DNA of 63,959 nucleotides, filler included, from Octopus bimaculoides (GCF_001194135.2; 5 parts of 5 records of this genome joined end to end with filler, not necessarily neighbours in it), one strand, 5' to 3'. Counted from the whole stretch's first letter, positions 25,917-38,229 are shown. Notes: generated from the sequence alone by a model not told the origin. Program-made: numbers and translations.

Positions 25917-27984
25917 AACAAACGATATATAAGCATATGCATGTATACCTACATCTACATGTATATATAGATGCATATTCGGGTACAGGACATTATAAAA
26001 ATGAACGGGAGCATAAAAACAAAACAGACTTTGTTTACAGACAACAGAACGAACACATAGGAAAACAAACAAACTAGGNNNNNNNNNNNNNNNNNNNNNN
26101 NNNNNNNNNNNNNNNNNNNNNNTTAATTAATTAANNNNNNNNNNNNNNNNNNNNNNNNNNNNNNNNNNNNNNNNNNNNATATATATATATATATATATAT
26201 ATATAATGTTAAACTGTCGTATGTCCAAATTTGGTCAAATGCGTTTTTGTCATACTATCGTATCTCCAGCTGCTTCCGATAACAATGTGTCAAAAGTAGT
26301 CAATGTGTAGTATAACGGTTTTGCTATGGAATGATGAAACTATTTTTTTTTTTCGTTTTCTGAAAAAGCAACCTTTTGAACTTACGACATTTTTGCATAA
26401 ATAATATACATATATATTATGTATTCTCTCTCCCACTTGGATTTGAAATGTTGCCACATTTATAGTATGTCTTTTCTACAGTAATTGTTTCTGCATTTTT
26501 CGTGCAGCTGAAGATTGCTCTTCATATTGCATTTAAGGTAATGCTCGCATTACTTAAATAAATTGAAGTAGCATGAAACGTGCGTACTGCAATCACCTTT
26601 GAAATCCGTGTTGCTTATTTTTTTATATATATCTATATATATATATAATATAAATAATATATATATATATAGATAGATAGATAGTTAGATATATATAATA
26701 TAATATAATATATATATATATATATATATATANNNNNNNNNNNNNNNNNNNNNNNNNNNNNNNNNNNNNNNNNNNNNNNNNNNNNNNNNNNNNNNNNNNN
26801 NNNNNNNNNNNNNNNNNNNNNNNNNNNNNNNNNNNNNNNNNNNNNNNNNNNNNNNNNNNNNNNNNNNNNNNNNNNNNNNNNNNNNNNNNNNNNNNNNNNN
26901 NNNNNNNNNNNNNNNNNNNNNNNNNNNNNNNNNNNNNNNNNNNNNNNNNNNNNNNNNNNNNNNNNNNNNNNNATGTATATATATATATATATATATAATT
27001 GTTACTTACATATATACAATTATTTAGTTTGATATGGTCACAGCGTGTGGTTATATGTATTATACAGAGGAAAATTACTGCAATGGGTAACTCATTCTGC
27101 TTAGAAAATTTTTTTAACCATCTTGTTAATACTATTTGCTTTCATTAGGATAAACATTTATAAATTACAGAGTATTTCTACTATTTGTCATGATAGATTG
27201 TACTTCGCTGCAACAACAATCTATTGACAGCTGTAATGGAACACTGAATGTATGAATCAAAGAAATCTGGCGCTACCCATAATTTCTGGTTAACTGCATA
27301 CTAACCAGAAAAGCAAAGGCAATTTTTCACTCTCTCTACATTAAATTAATTTATTTCAGTTCCATTGTAAATGCATAAAGGATTTCAAGTAATTTATAAA
27401 GGTTAGTATGTTTCGGGATGTTTTATAACTAGATATAAACATGGTAAAGAGCACAGAAATAGGATTTCAATAAATAAGTTGATCTCCACGCTCACAACCG
27501 TCTGGATTATTGTGTACTCTTGTGTGTGTGATATAACAAATAACCCAGTTGAGAAAAGTAGAAACAATTTTTATATAAATAGAAAGCATAATAATCTAGC
27601 TGCAGATAATAGTATTGATCTGGAATGGGGAGCAGAAGATACGTCATCGTTGCTGTAACAGCTGCATATAAAAAGAAAATGACCAGCATGTGAGCAAAGA
27701 AATATCTTCAGTGAATAGTGAAGCAATATAACTGCTGCATACGAGTGTTGAGTGGTTACGGTTGTACTGTTTTATGAGGCGCCTTCATGGACGATGGAGG
27801 GAAAAATTATGCTACAGTATGGGCAGAGAGAATCGGGATATTCCATGGTTCCTTGAGTGTTCTTAGCACCGTTGGAGGGGCATTTCTGTTTTAGATGTCG
27901 CCGAAATATTTGTTATTTCTAGACGACAAAAAAATGAAGGAGGTGTCCAGAAGTGCAAGCAGTTTTTGTAAAGTTCTTCCTTAT

Positions 27985-29030
27985 TTTGGGGCACTAGGCC
28001 AGCAATTTTGAAGGGGAGGCAATTCAACTGGTACTTATTTTTGTCGAATTCCGAAAGGATGGAAGGCAAAGACGTTGCCTGGGTGATATATATTTTATCG
28101 ACTTCGAAAGGATTACATGCAAAGTCGGCCTCGTAGGATTTTGAAGTAAAAAATGTAAGACCTGAAGAAATGTCGCTAAGCAGTTTTTTCCAATGTGCCG
28201 AAGACCCAGAATTGTGTGGGAGTGGGATACTCCATTACATCGACCCTCAGTGTTCAACTGGTACTTGTTTCATCGAGCCCGTGAGGAGGAAAAAGCAAAA
28301 TCGACCATGGTAGGATTTGAACTCAGAACGTAAAGAGCCAGAAAGAATGTCGGAATGCCGCTAAGCATTTTTCCGTTGTGGTAACGATCCTGGCAGCTCA
28401 GCGCCTTAGGCTGTATTAATATAACAATCCTTCTAAGGCAGCGAGCTGGCAGAATTGTTAGCACGCCGGGCGAAATGCTTGGCGGTATTTCGTCTGCCGT
28501 TACGTTCTGAGTTCAAATTCCGCCGAGGTCGGCTTTGCCTTTCATCCTTTCGTGGTTGATTAAATAAGTACCAGTTACACACTATGGGTCGATGTAATCG
28601 ACTTAATTTCTTTGTGCATAAGGCACAGGAATTTGGTGGGAAGGGATTTACCGATTACACTGACCCCAGTGTTCCACTGATACTTAATTAATCGACCCCG
28701 AAGGGATGAAAAGCAAAGTCGACCTCAGTGGAATTTGAACTTAGAACGTAACGGCAGACGAACTACCGCTAAGCATTTCGCCCGCCTTATGCTGTACTAA
28801 TATAATAATTGTTTCTTCTCTCGGCACAAGACCTTGAAAGTTTTGGGGAAAGGGGGCTAGTCTATTACATCCTCAGTTCGTAACTGGTACTTATTTAATC
28901 GACCCTGATAGACTGAAAGTGTAAATCGACATCGGCGAAATTTGAACTGAGAACGAGCGGCAGACGAAATGCCGCTAAACATTTCTCCTGGCGTGCTAAC
29001 GATTCTGCCGGCTCGCCACCTTATCAATAA
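27985..29030. mobile_element. Cluster of about five SINE family B copies in mixed orientation
   Basis: + copy 28436-28610 (ggcagcgagctggcagaattgttagcacgccgggcgaaatgctt...gttctgagttcaaattccgccgaggtcggctttgcctttcatcctttc); minus copies at about 27985-28200, 28205-28415, 28615-28790 and 28815-29030. Confidence 0.88.
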
Positions 29031-29139
29031 TATTAATACGCTAATTCTTGTGTTTTTGTACGTACCTGTCTTGTGTGTCACACTTCAAAGAAGTGGCAAA
29101 GCGAGAGAGAGAGGAGGACAGCGACGAAGTAAAAGAGAG

Positions 29140-29510
29140 AGTGAGAAAGGGAGTGAGTGAAAGAGAGAGTGAGTGGTGACGGCGTACGTGTTTTAAATGT
29201 TTCAGAGAGGAAGGGAGAGAGAGAGGGAGAGAGAGAGTGGGGGGAGAGAGAGGGGGAGAGGGAAAGAGAGAGATGGGGGAGAGAGAGGGGGTAGAGAGGG
29301 AGAGAGAGAGAGACAGTGTGTGGTGACGGCGTACGTTTTGTCTTAAATGTTTCAGAGAGGAAGGAAGAGAGATCGTGAGAGAGAGAGAGAGGGAGGGAGA
29401 TAGAGGGAGACAGAGAGAGAGAGAGAGAAAGAGAAAGAGAAAAAAGAAAGAGAGAGAGAGAGAGAGAGAGAGTAAAAGAGACAGTGAGTGGTGACGGCGT
29501 TCAACGCAAC
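29140..29510. repeat. GA-microsatellite array punctuated by three copies of a unique spacer motif
   Basis: (gacagt)gagtggtgacggcgt(acgtgttttaaatgtttcagagaggaagg) at about 29168, 29311 and 29479. Confidence 0.8.
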
Positions 29511-29815
29511 AGAAGTAGATACATAGATACATATACACATTGTTAAATTAAAAGCGGGAGAGAAGAGGGACACAAAGGAAGTGAAAGAGAAAGAGAAAGA
29601 GAAAGTGAGAGAGAGAGAGACAGTAGATACTTAGACACAGCAAATATTGGATGTCAATTTCACTTTCCAAGACAACTAAAACAATTCCAGTAAGTGGCAA
29701 AGCAAACGGTAGGAAGAGAGAGAGAGGGGGAGAGAGAGAGGGGAGAGAGAGGAAGAGAGGGAGACGGAGAGAGAGAGAAGTAAAGACTTCGTTGTGGACT
29801 ATCTGACACTGTCTA

Positions 29816-29851
<36 letters not shown>

Positions 29852-30001
29852 CCCCTTCTCCCCCCCCGCTCTCTCTAGGTGTGCGTTTGTGTATGTGTGT
29901 GCATGTTTGTATGCATATGGGTGTGCGCTGGATCTCTCTCGGCATAACCAGCAAGCCACAAAATCGCACCAGCCAGCGTCACCACTACCTCCAAGCCCAT
30001 C

Positions 30002-30034
<33 letters not shown>

Positions 30035-30059
30035 TGTATGTGTGTGTGTGTGTGTGCGT

Positions 30060-30268
30060 GTGTCTGTATTTGTCCCACGGCCACCACCACCATTGCTTCA
30101 CACCGATGTTGGTGCGTTTGCGTCTCTGTAATTTAGCTGTTCAGCAGAAGAGACTGATAGGGAATAAGTCTTACAGGGAATAAGTCCAAGGGTAAATTTC
30201 TTCGACTAAAGGGCGGTGCTCCAGCATGGCCACCGTCAAATGACTGAAACAAGTAAAAGAATAAAAGA
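30060..30268 (+). mobile_element. SINE family A, 3' half
   Basis: tttgtccc...ccgatgttggtgcgttt...gactaaagggcggtgctccagcatggccaccgtcaaatgactgaaacaagtaaaagaataaaag. Confidence 0.85.
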
Positions 30269-30380
30269 ACACCAGAAAAAACGTTCCATTCCACTAAACC
30301 AAGAAGGTTCTTTGAATATGTTCGATGTATTCTATGGTTAAATTCCGTTTACGTTTGTGTAACAGATAGTTTGGTTGGGT

Positions 30381-30762
30381 GAAGGCGCAATGGCCCAGTG
30401 GTTAGGGCAGCGGACTCGTGGTCATAGGATCGCGGTTTCGATTCCTATACCGGGCGTTGCGAGTGTTTATTGTGCGAAAACACCTAAAGCTCCACGAGGC
30501 TCCGGCAGGGGGTGGTGGTGAACCCTGCTGTACTCTTTCACCACAACGTTCTCTCACTCTTTCTTCCTGTTTCTGTTGTACCTGTAATTCAAAGGGTCAG
30601 CCTTGTCACACTGTGTCACGCTGAATATCACCGCGAGAACTACGTTAAGGGTACACGTATCTGTGGAGTGCTCAGCCACTTGCACATTAATTTCACGAGC
30701 AGGCTGTTCCGTTGATCAGATCAACTGGAACTCTCGTCGTCGTAACCGACGGAGTGCCAACC
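30381..30762 (+). mobile_element. SINE family C, full length
   Basis: aggcgcaatggcccagtggttagggcagcggactcg...cgtcgtcgtaaccgacggagtgccaac. Confidence 0.92.
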
Positions 30763-31059
30763 AGCCATAGTCTCAATGAGTACCAGCATTAACTATGTTG
30801 GTCGCATCAATAAAATAAACGAGTTTATATTTGTAATTCCTTGTTAAGTATTGCAATATAACAATATCGAAACATTCAATGATTCTAATGTTCAGACAAA
30901 TGTTCATTAAAGGAATTACAAAAATAGTCGGGAAAATGGAGCCAGCGTACATAATAATTTGCAAGCGAAAATTTTAAGTAATCAAGGCCTTGGCAAAATG
31001 ATTATGTAATCTATATTTTCTGGAATAGAATATTCAGAGATTAACAGAATATAAACGAC

Positions 31060-31310
31060 ACTCCGTCGATTACGACGGCGAGTTCTCCAGTCGAGTACAT
31101 CAAACGAACAGACTACTCGTGAGATTAATTTGCCAGTGGCCGAGTACTTCACAGTCATGAGTACCACTTAATGTAGTTCTCAGAGTGATTCAGCGTGACG
31201 CAGAATGTGACAAAGCTAGGTCCCTTTTAAATTACTGGTACAACTCATTTTTGCCAGCTGAGTGAACTAGAGCAACGTAGAATAAAGTGTCTTGCTCAAG
31301 GAAACGACGC
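31060..31310 (-). mobile_element. SINE family D (CORE segment plus 3' module shared with family C), head missing
   Basis: cactccgtcgattacgacggcgag...tcagcgtgacgcagaatgtgacaa...gccagctgagtgaactagagcaacg...aaagtgtcttgctcaagga. Confidence 0.75.
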
Positions 31311-31799
31311 TCCGATTGTTAATAAACTTCGATGTATTTCAAAGTGAAGCAGAAACTAAAGGATTGTCCCTCGATTACTTCATGCATATTTTCGTAATTA
31401 GACTGGAAAAGTTTGACAAGGAATTCCGAAATATACAAACACCAAAAGCGAGAGAGGTAGGTCATGTGGCATTAATCATATGGATATTATGCCTTGCAGC
31501 AAATATTTAAATTAACTTGTACTAACTTTGACAAAAATGAATTTAAATGTATTGGCCAGTGTTGGTCATGATTTTAGAATTGGAATGCTAGTCAGGTTTC
31601 CCATCTAGTCAGTATTTATTTTGATTCTCTTTCCCAAAATGAGAAACTACAAATTGCCATGTAGGTTAAATATATTCTACTTATCAAACTTCCAGTCTTC
31701 AATGGATATAACACAATAAGAAATCGATAAGGAACGTATGTCCTTGGATATAAAACAATGATTTTAAAAAAAAATCTTTCCGTTTATATTTTTTGTTCT

Positions 31800-31945
31800 C
31801 TCTCCATTTTTTGTTTTTCACTCATTCCTTTCTGTCGAAGAGAGTAGGTTCGAAACGTCAGAGGCTTTTCCATTTTTCCCGAGCGTCAAATTAATACACC
31901 TACTCGTTGTCCCTTCCCTGTCTTCGTCTTTTATTTTTTTCTGTA
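31800..31945 (+). ncRNA. Repeat carrying a minimal hammerhead-ribozyme-like motif (copy 1), possibly a Penelope-type pLTR
   Basis: CCUUU-CUGUCGA-A-GAGA(guag)GUUC-GAAA-C-GUC-AGAGG at 31827-31864; about 140 bp homologous to 52050-52205. Confidence 0.45.
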
Positions 31946-32045
31946 AATTTGATCAACACACACACACAATTATAAGTATTATTACAATAGAATAGTATTA
32001 TTTTCCAACGATAAGCACCGTAAAGGTTGAATTATAGATAGAGAA

Positions 32046-32279
32046 TAGTGGCACAACAATGTACCAAAGTTTGCTGGAAATAATGGTCGATAACCGTACA
32101 ACGCTATTTTAAAGCTTCACTGACTGTATAGCGACAAAGATGTGTGCAGGTGGCGAACATAAAAAATGTGTACGGGCCCGTATACATCTTTGCCTCTATA
32201 CATTCAGTGAAGCTTTACAATAGCGACGTACGGTTATCCACTGCTGTTTCCGGCAAACATTGGTACATTGTTGTGCCAC

Positions 32280-32281
<2 letters not shown>
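32046..32281. mobile_element. Palindromic MITE (Tc1/mariner-like, TA-flanked)
   Basis: Arms of about 105 bp: TAgtggcacaacaatgtacca...gataaccgtac..cgctatt.taaagcttcactga..gtatag..caaagatgt and its reverse complement ending gtgccacTA. Confidence 0.85.
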
Positions 32282-32355
<74 letters not shown>

Positions 32356-32358
32356 CAG
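32281..32358. repeat. (GATA)n tetranucleotide microsatellite
   Basis: Direct inspection. Confidence 0.95.
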
Positions 32359-32399
32359 ACAGGCAGATATAAAATCATTTAATGTTCAAAGGAATGAAA

Positions 32400-32895
32400 C
32401 AAGCAGCATCCTTCGTAATGGAATTAATAAACTGTTTGCTTTATACATAACGTTACCATGATCTGAAAAATTATTAGTGAGATACAGCAAGGTGTGGAGA
32501 GTAAGGAAAAAATGTGAGAAAACTTCCCAGTTGAGTTCTATAACTTGACTTGTGCAATATGTAGTCTTGCGTTATCTTGTGAAAGCAGCATCTGTCTCAG
32601 ATCTACCAATGACGGTCGCTTTCCTTGCAATTGTTTTTTGCAATACATCCAATTGATGACTACTTCTTTGTATTGATTGTTTTGTGCTGGTTCAACTCTA
32701 CATGATAAGCGAGACTCTTCATATCCTAACAAACAAAGAGCATAACGTTTTCCAGTGTTGTTTGGGAACGAATATACCTTCATCAGTGAGTGTCAGCCAT
32801 TGTTGTTTTCGTTGGGGATTATTACAGGAAACCCACTTTTCATCACTTGGAATGAGTCTACGCAGAAAAGGTTCGGTAGCAAGTCTACTTTTCAA
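32400..32895 (-). mobile_element. Decayed mariner (DD34D-type) transposase
   Basis: EPFLRRLIPSDEKWVSCNNPQRKQQWL, LQGKRPSLVDLRQMLLSQDNARLHIAQV, and a WEV..(PYSP)-like remnant. Confidence 0.85.
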
Positions 32896-32896
32896 T

Positions 32897-32953
<57 letters not shown>

Positions 32954-33429
32954 TAAAAAGGAGGGAGCGTTCGTTTATAGCTTTATCTTTACTTAGAGAT
33001 ATATTTCAAAGAAAAAAAAATACACACAAACACACATACATTAACACACATACATACACACACATATACATACACACACATACACACACACACATATACA
33101 TACACAGACACACTAGCATGCATACACAGACACACAGATACATGCACACGCAGATACACATATACATACATACACACACATACATAATACACACTGACAC
33201 ACAAACACATACATAGACACACGCAGACACACACATACGTACATACGTACATACATACACACAGACACACACATACGCACATTCATACATACATACATAC
33301 ATACATACATACATACACAGAGTCAATCATACACGCACATATAAATCACAGTATCACAGCATCGAATTGACAATTAGATACTGTTATACATCGCTGATCA
33401 CCATGCACTTCCAATTGTTTGTTAATTAA

Positions 33430-33665
33430 GCCATTCTTTTTCCATCTGGCTCAAATCACTGTAGTAAATCGCCGTGGAAGCTTTTCAAGTGGTCTCTTCC
33501 GATTTCTGGGACACCACTAGGCAAGTGCGATGCGTCCGGCCTTGCGGGACTTCTGCTTCCGGCATTCTGCGATTATATCGGTCACTCCTCTCCGTTCTCG
33601 AATTGTCTCACTTGGAATAAGTTCTCGTAATTATATTCCTAACATGGATCATACCGTTTGTCCTT
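33430..33665 (-). mobile_element. RTE-clade LINE 3' fragment
   Basis: IPSETIRERRGVTDIIAECRKQKSRKAGRIA..WCPRNRKRP resembles N-EIR-RTGVTDII...KW-WAGHIAR...W-PR--KR. Confidence 0.65.
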
Positions 33666-33762
33666 CGTGTTGTAGCTAATTGATGCAATATTTATATGTG
33701 TGTGTGTGCGTGCGCGTGTGTGTGTATGTAAGTGTGTATCGATCTATATATCTAAACATTTC

Positions 33763-33793
<31 letters not shown>

Positions 33794-34324
33794 CTATCTG
33801 TATGTCTGTCTGTCTATCTGTCTGTCTATCTGTCTACCTATCTTTCATTGTGTACGTATGTATGTATGTATGTATGTATGTATGCATGTGTGTGTATGTG
33901 CGTGTGTGTGTGTGTGCGAGTGTGTGTGTGTATTTCGGAGTAGTCATTTTTTTTTGCAAAATAAACACACGTGCTATATATTCGTTCTTCACCCGTTTAT
34001 TAAACGTCCTCTTTAAACTCATGTCCCTTGTTCAGAAATGTTTCGCCACACATCTGTAACCTCCTCAGCAACACTTTTCGTACTCGTGTGTACAGAATGG
34101 ACTATATATATGTGTATGTGTGTGTGTATTGATATATATATATATANNNNNNNNNNNNNNNNNNNNNNNNNNNNNNNNNNNNNNNNNNNNNNNNNNNNNN
34201 NNNNNNNNNNNNNNNNNNNNNNNNNNNNNNNNNNNNNNNNNNNNNNNNNNNNNNNNNNNNNNNNNNNNNNNNNNNNNNNNNNNNNNNNNNNNNNNNNNNN
34301 NNNATATATATATGTATATATATA

Positions 34325-34545
34325 ATGTCTGTGTGTGTATTTGTCTGTTTGTCACCCCCACCATCGCTTGACAATCGATGTTGGTGTGCTTACGTCCCCG
34401 TAACTTTGCAGTTCGGTAAAAGAGAACGATAGAATAAGTACCACGCTTATAAAGAATATTCAGGAGTCAATTTCTTCGACTGCAAGGCGGAACTCCAGTA
34501 CGGTCGAAATCAAAATGACTGAAACAAATACAACAAAAAAGAATA
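34325..34545 (+). mobile_element. SINE family A, 3' half
   Basis: tttgtcacccccaccatcgcttgacaatcgatgttggtgtgcttacgtccccgtaac...aaaatgactgaaacaaa. Confidence 0.85.
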
Positions 34546-34580
34546 AAAAATAATCAGCCAAAAAGGAACTGCGTCCATGA

Positions 34581-34778
34581 CCTTTTCATTTGGGCCTCTT
34601 CGGGGCCTTTTCAGGACCTTTTCAGTTGGTCCTCTTCAGCGCCTTTTCAGCTGGGCTTCTTAAGTGCATTTTCAGTTGGGCCTTTTCAAGGCATTTTCAG
34701 TCGGGTCTCTTCGGGGCCTTTTCAGTCCGGCTTTTGCAGGGCCTTTTAAATTAGGTTTTTTCAGGGCCTTTTCAGTTG
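34581..34778. repeat. About 25-bp degenerate minisatellite (gggccttttcagttgggcctcttc)
   Basis: ccttttcag motif recurs about 10 times at 12-25 bp spacing. Confidence 0.85.
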
Positions 34779-35982
34779 GTATGAAGATAAATTTCTCCGA
34801 ATGCTTGCCATTGAGTAATCTGTGCTAAAGATATTGGTCGACTATACGTCTGTGAACTACCGTCATCTGTTATCTTCTAAAATTTACTCACAAGGTCAAT
34901 AGATATGACATTTTCCCTATGTTCCGTGTATTTGGGTCGAACCCAGTGCAATGAAGTCGCGAAGTCAACTTATATCGACACACTCAATCCTGAAGCAAAA
35001 GTATATCGTAAAGTGTTTAGTTAAAGCAGTATGTCTCCTGTGAAACAATTCAGAGCACACATTGCTTGAGGTGCAAAATCTGCATTAATAATTTAAATGA
35101 CATCTTATCCAGATCGAAATATGATTCGCATCAGCTTAGTACCTTCAACATTTGCATTATCTGTAGCAAACATATGCATTATCACTATTCTATATCGATA
35201 ATTGTCGAAATAAAAAAACAAAGAAACATCTGCAAAGTATTATTATTCTTGTCGTACACGAGAGTTGAAACTTTTTTTTTCTGTAGCTGAAGACGACGTT
35301 AACATTTATCAAATGATTAAAAGTACAACAAAATTAATAAAAAGGAAAAGACAAAAACGTGACGTAGGAAAACCTGACCGTCGTTTCTAAGAAACGCTTC
35401 TGTACTTTTAAAAAGAGAAACGCAGTTATGTATTATTCAATCATGTTTGCACACGCATTGGCATATCTCTTAAGTCTCATTGGAATATTATCAACTGCTA
35501 AGTTTGTACTTAATTTTCTGTGTGAGACGGTGGAGGTTACCTGCTGTTTGTGGGAAGAGATAACAAGAAGACTAGTACTGATTAGATATAACTATTGTTA
35601 TCTGAAACAACTGATAGCAAAATATGAGTCTATTTACTATAGTTAGAACGGGAAAATATAAAACACTCAAACACATATAAACATATATCTGATATTTAAA
35701 AGCAACAACGCTTGTTCATGCACAGTTTGTATTTTTATTATTTTAAACACGTTACTTTATGAAAAGAAGGAGAACTCTACTGTTGATGTTATTAATTGAA
35801 CCCATGTCAGCCCTGATAGACTAGAAGCTATGATAATTTCAACCACAACCAATGTATCGTTAATTCTGATATTGTTCAGTGTGACGATCATTCTTTATAA
35901 GGCTGTAGGTTATTACTCAAGGGACATTTGGTTGTTATTTCAAGCAGATCAAGAGGGAATCGAAGCAGCAGTTTGTGTGTGA

Positions 35983-36472
35983 GTTAACGATGCATACATG
36001 CATCTGATATATCGCGAGCAGGGGAACGAACCCCTACTGCCTTCTAGCGAAAAGACCAGCATGCCAGTCGGGTTTCGGGCTATGTTTGCCTCACTTCAGT
36101 ACTGGACACCTCGTCCGCTAGAGGATGTTAGTAGTTCTCTTCTGCGCGCAATATATATAATCCAAGTCACTGATTCTGCGAAATAGCTCGTACTAGAATC
36201 TCTCTAATACACGAACGCAGTGATTGTACTAGCAAGAAATGTTTGGAACTAGCTTTTTTGCATGTTAGAAAATCAGTGACTGTGTGTCGCTTGAATTATA
36301 AATATTGCGTGCAGATGCGAGCTACCGCCATCTCTAGCGGACAATGCGTCCAGTACTGAACAGCGGCAAAGGTAGCCCGAAACCAGACTGGTGTGTTGGT
36401 CCCGTCGTTAGAATATGGTAGGGGTTCGCTCTCCTGCTAGCGTTATATCGGATGCTGATATGCATCGTTAAC
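35983..36472. mobile_element. 490-bp imperfect palindrome (foldback/MITE-like)
   Basis: Left arm gttaacgatgcata...gcaggggaacgaacccctac...ggtttcgggcta...cagtactggac...gtccgctagag...gcaata.ttataat...agtcactgatt is mirrored in 36230-36472. Confidence 0.8.
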
Positions 36473-36729
36473 CAGGTAGAGGAGATGTCCTCTTGGGGTT
36501 AAAAAATCGCATGGNNNNNNNNNNCGATCCAGCAAAGAAATTAATCCTACTGTTCGGCAAGCTAAACCAGGATTTCCCCCAACCAACGGGCCTCAGGTCA
36601 TTTGGTGCCGGGCCGCACAGAGGGAATAGAATTTAAAGTTTTATTTCTCTTTTATTAACGATCGCAGTCAATAAACCTATTACATAGTTCATATATGTAC
36701 ATACATATATGCATGCATATATACACACA

Positions 36730-36772
<43 letters not shown>

Positions 36773-36794
36773 ACCCACACACACACACGTACAC

Positions 36795-37007
36795 TCATTC
36801 GACTGAGGCCATGCTGAGGCATCGCCTTGAATTTTTAGTCGAGAAAATCGACCCCAGGACTTATTCTTTGTAAGCCTAGTACTTATTCTATCAGTCTCTT
36901 TTGCTGAACTTTTGCTGAACCAGGATCGGTTGTCAAGTGATGTTAGGGGGACAAATACAGGCACACAACCATACACACATACATACATACATATATACAT
37001 ACATACA

Positions 37008-37068
<61 letters not shown>

Positions 37069-37717
37069 NNNNNNNNNNNNNNNNNNNNNNNNNNNNNNNN
37101 NNNNNNNNNNNNNNNNNNNNNNNNNNNNNNNNNNNNNNNNNNNNNNNNNNNNNNNNNNNNNNNNNNNNNNNNNNNNNNNNNNNNNNNNNNNNNNNNNNNN
37201 NNNNNNNNNNNNNNNNNNNNNNNNNNNNNNNNNNNNNNNNNNNNNNNNNNNNNNNNNNNNNNNNNNNNNNNNNNNNNNNNNNNNNNNNNNNNNNNNNNNN
37301 NNNNNNNNNNNNNNNNNNNNNNNNNNNNNNNNNNNNNNNNNNNNNNNNNNNNNNNNNNNNNNNNNNNNNNNNNNNNNNNNNNNNNNNNNNNNNNNNNNNN
37401 NNNNNNNNNNNNNNNNNNNNNNNNNNNNNNNNNNNNNNNNNNNNNNNNNNNNNNNNNNNNNNNNNNNNNNNNNNNNNNNNNNNNNNNNNNNNNNNNNNNN
37501 NNNNNNNNNNNNNNNNNNNNNNNNNNNNNNNNNNNNNNNNNNNNNNNNNNNNNNNNNNNNNNNNNNNNNNNNNNNNNNNNNNNNNNNNNNNNNNNNNNNN
37601 NNNNNTATATATATATATATATATGACGGGCTTCTTTCAGTTTCCGCCTACCAAATTCACACACAAGGCTTTGGTCAGCCCGGGGCTACACTACAAGAGA
37701 CTTGCCCAAGGTGCCGC
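36795..37717 (-). mobile_element. SINE family A spanning an internal microsatellite and N gap
   Basis: 3' half at 36795-36960, then (TACA)/(TA)n and gap, then 5' half 37624-37717 (gacgggcttctttcagtttccgcctaccaaattcac...cttgcccaaggtgcc). Confidence 0.8.
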
Positions 37718-37734
37718 GCGTATATATTTTCATT

Positions 37735-38140
37735 TTTTTTTGTTTCAGTCATTTGACTGCGGCCATGCTGCAGCACCACCTTTAAGGGTTTTGTAGTCGA
37801 AAATATTTCCCCAGGACTTATTCTTTTGTCCTCCTAGCACCTATTCTCTCAGTCTCTGCTGCCGAACTGCTAGGTTACGGGGACGTAAACACACCACCAT
37901 TGGTTGTCAAGCTTTGGTGGGGAGGGTGAGAGACAGACACAAAGACACATACGCGTAAATGTATATATATATACATACACAACGGGCTTCTTCCAGTTTC
38001 CTTCTAGCAAATCCCCTCACAAGGCTGCCCCGTCCCACGACACTATAGTAGGGGACACTCGCTCAAGTTGACACGCAGTGGGACTGAACCCGGAACCATG
38101 TGGCTGTGAAACATGCTTCTTACCACACAACTACGGCTTC
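37735..38140 (-). mobile_element. SINE family A, full length
   Basis: gtttcagtcatttgactgcggccatgctg...gcagtgggactgaacccggaaccatgtgg...ttaccacaca. Confidence 0.88.
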
Positions 38141-38153
38141 GCCTATATTTGTA

Positions 38154-38209
<56 letters not shown>

Positions 38210-38229
38210 TTTGTGTTGGCGCGCGCGTG

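Noticed and set aside
29140-29510. Repeat-spacer pattern reminiscent of a CRISPR array
   Set aside because: Eukaryotic context, the spacers are GA microsatellite and there are no cas genes; it is a tandem duplication.
31345-31455. Open frame ...RLEKFDKEFRNIQTPKARE|GTAGGT as an upstream hkb exon
   Set aside because: Phase 0 donor, no zinc finger and weak acceptors.
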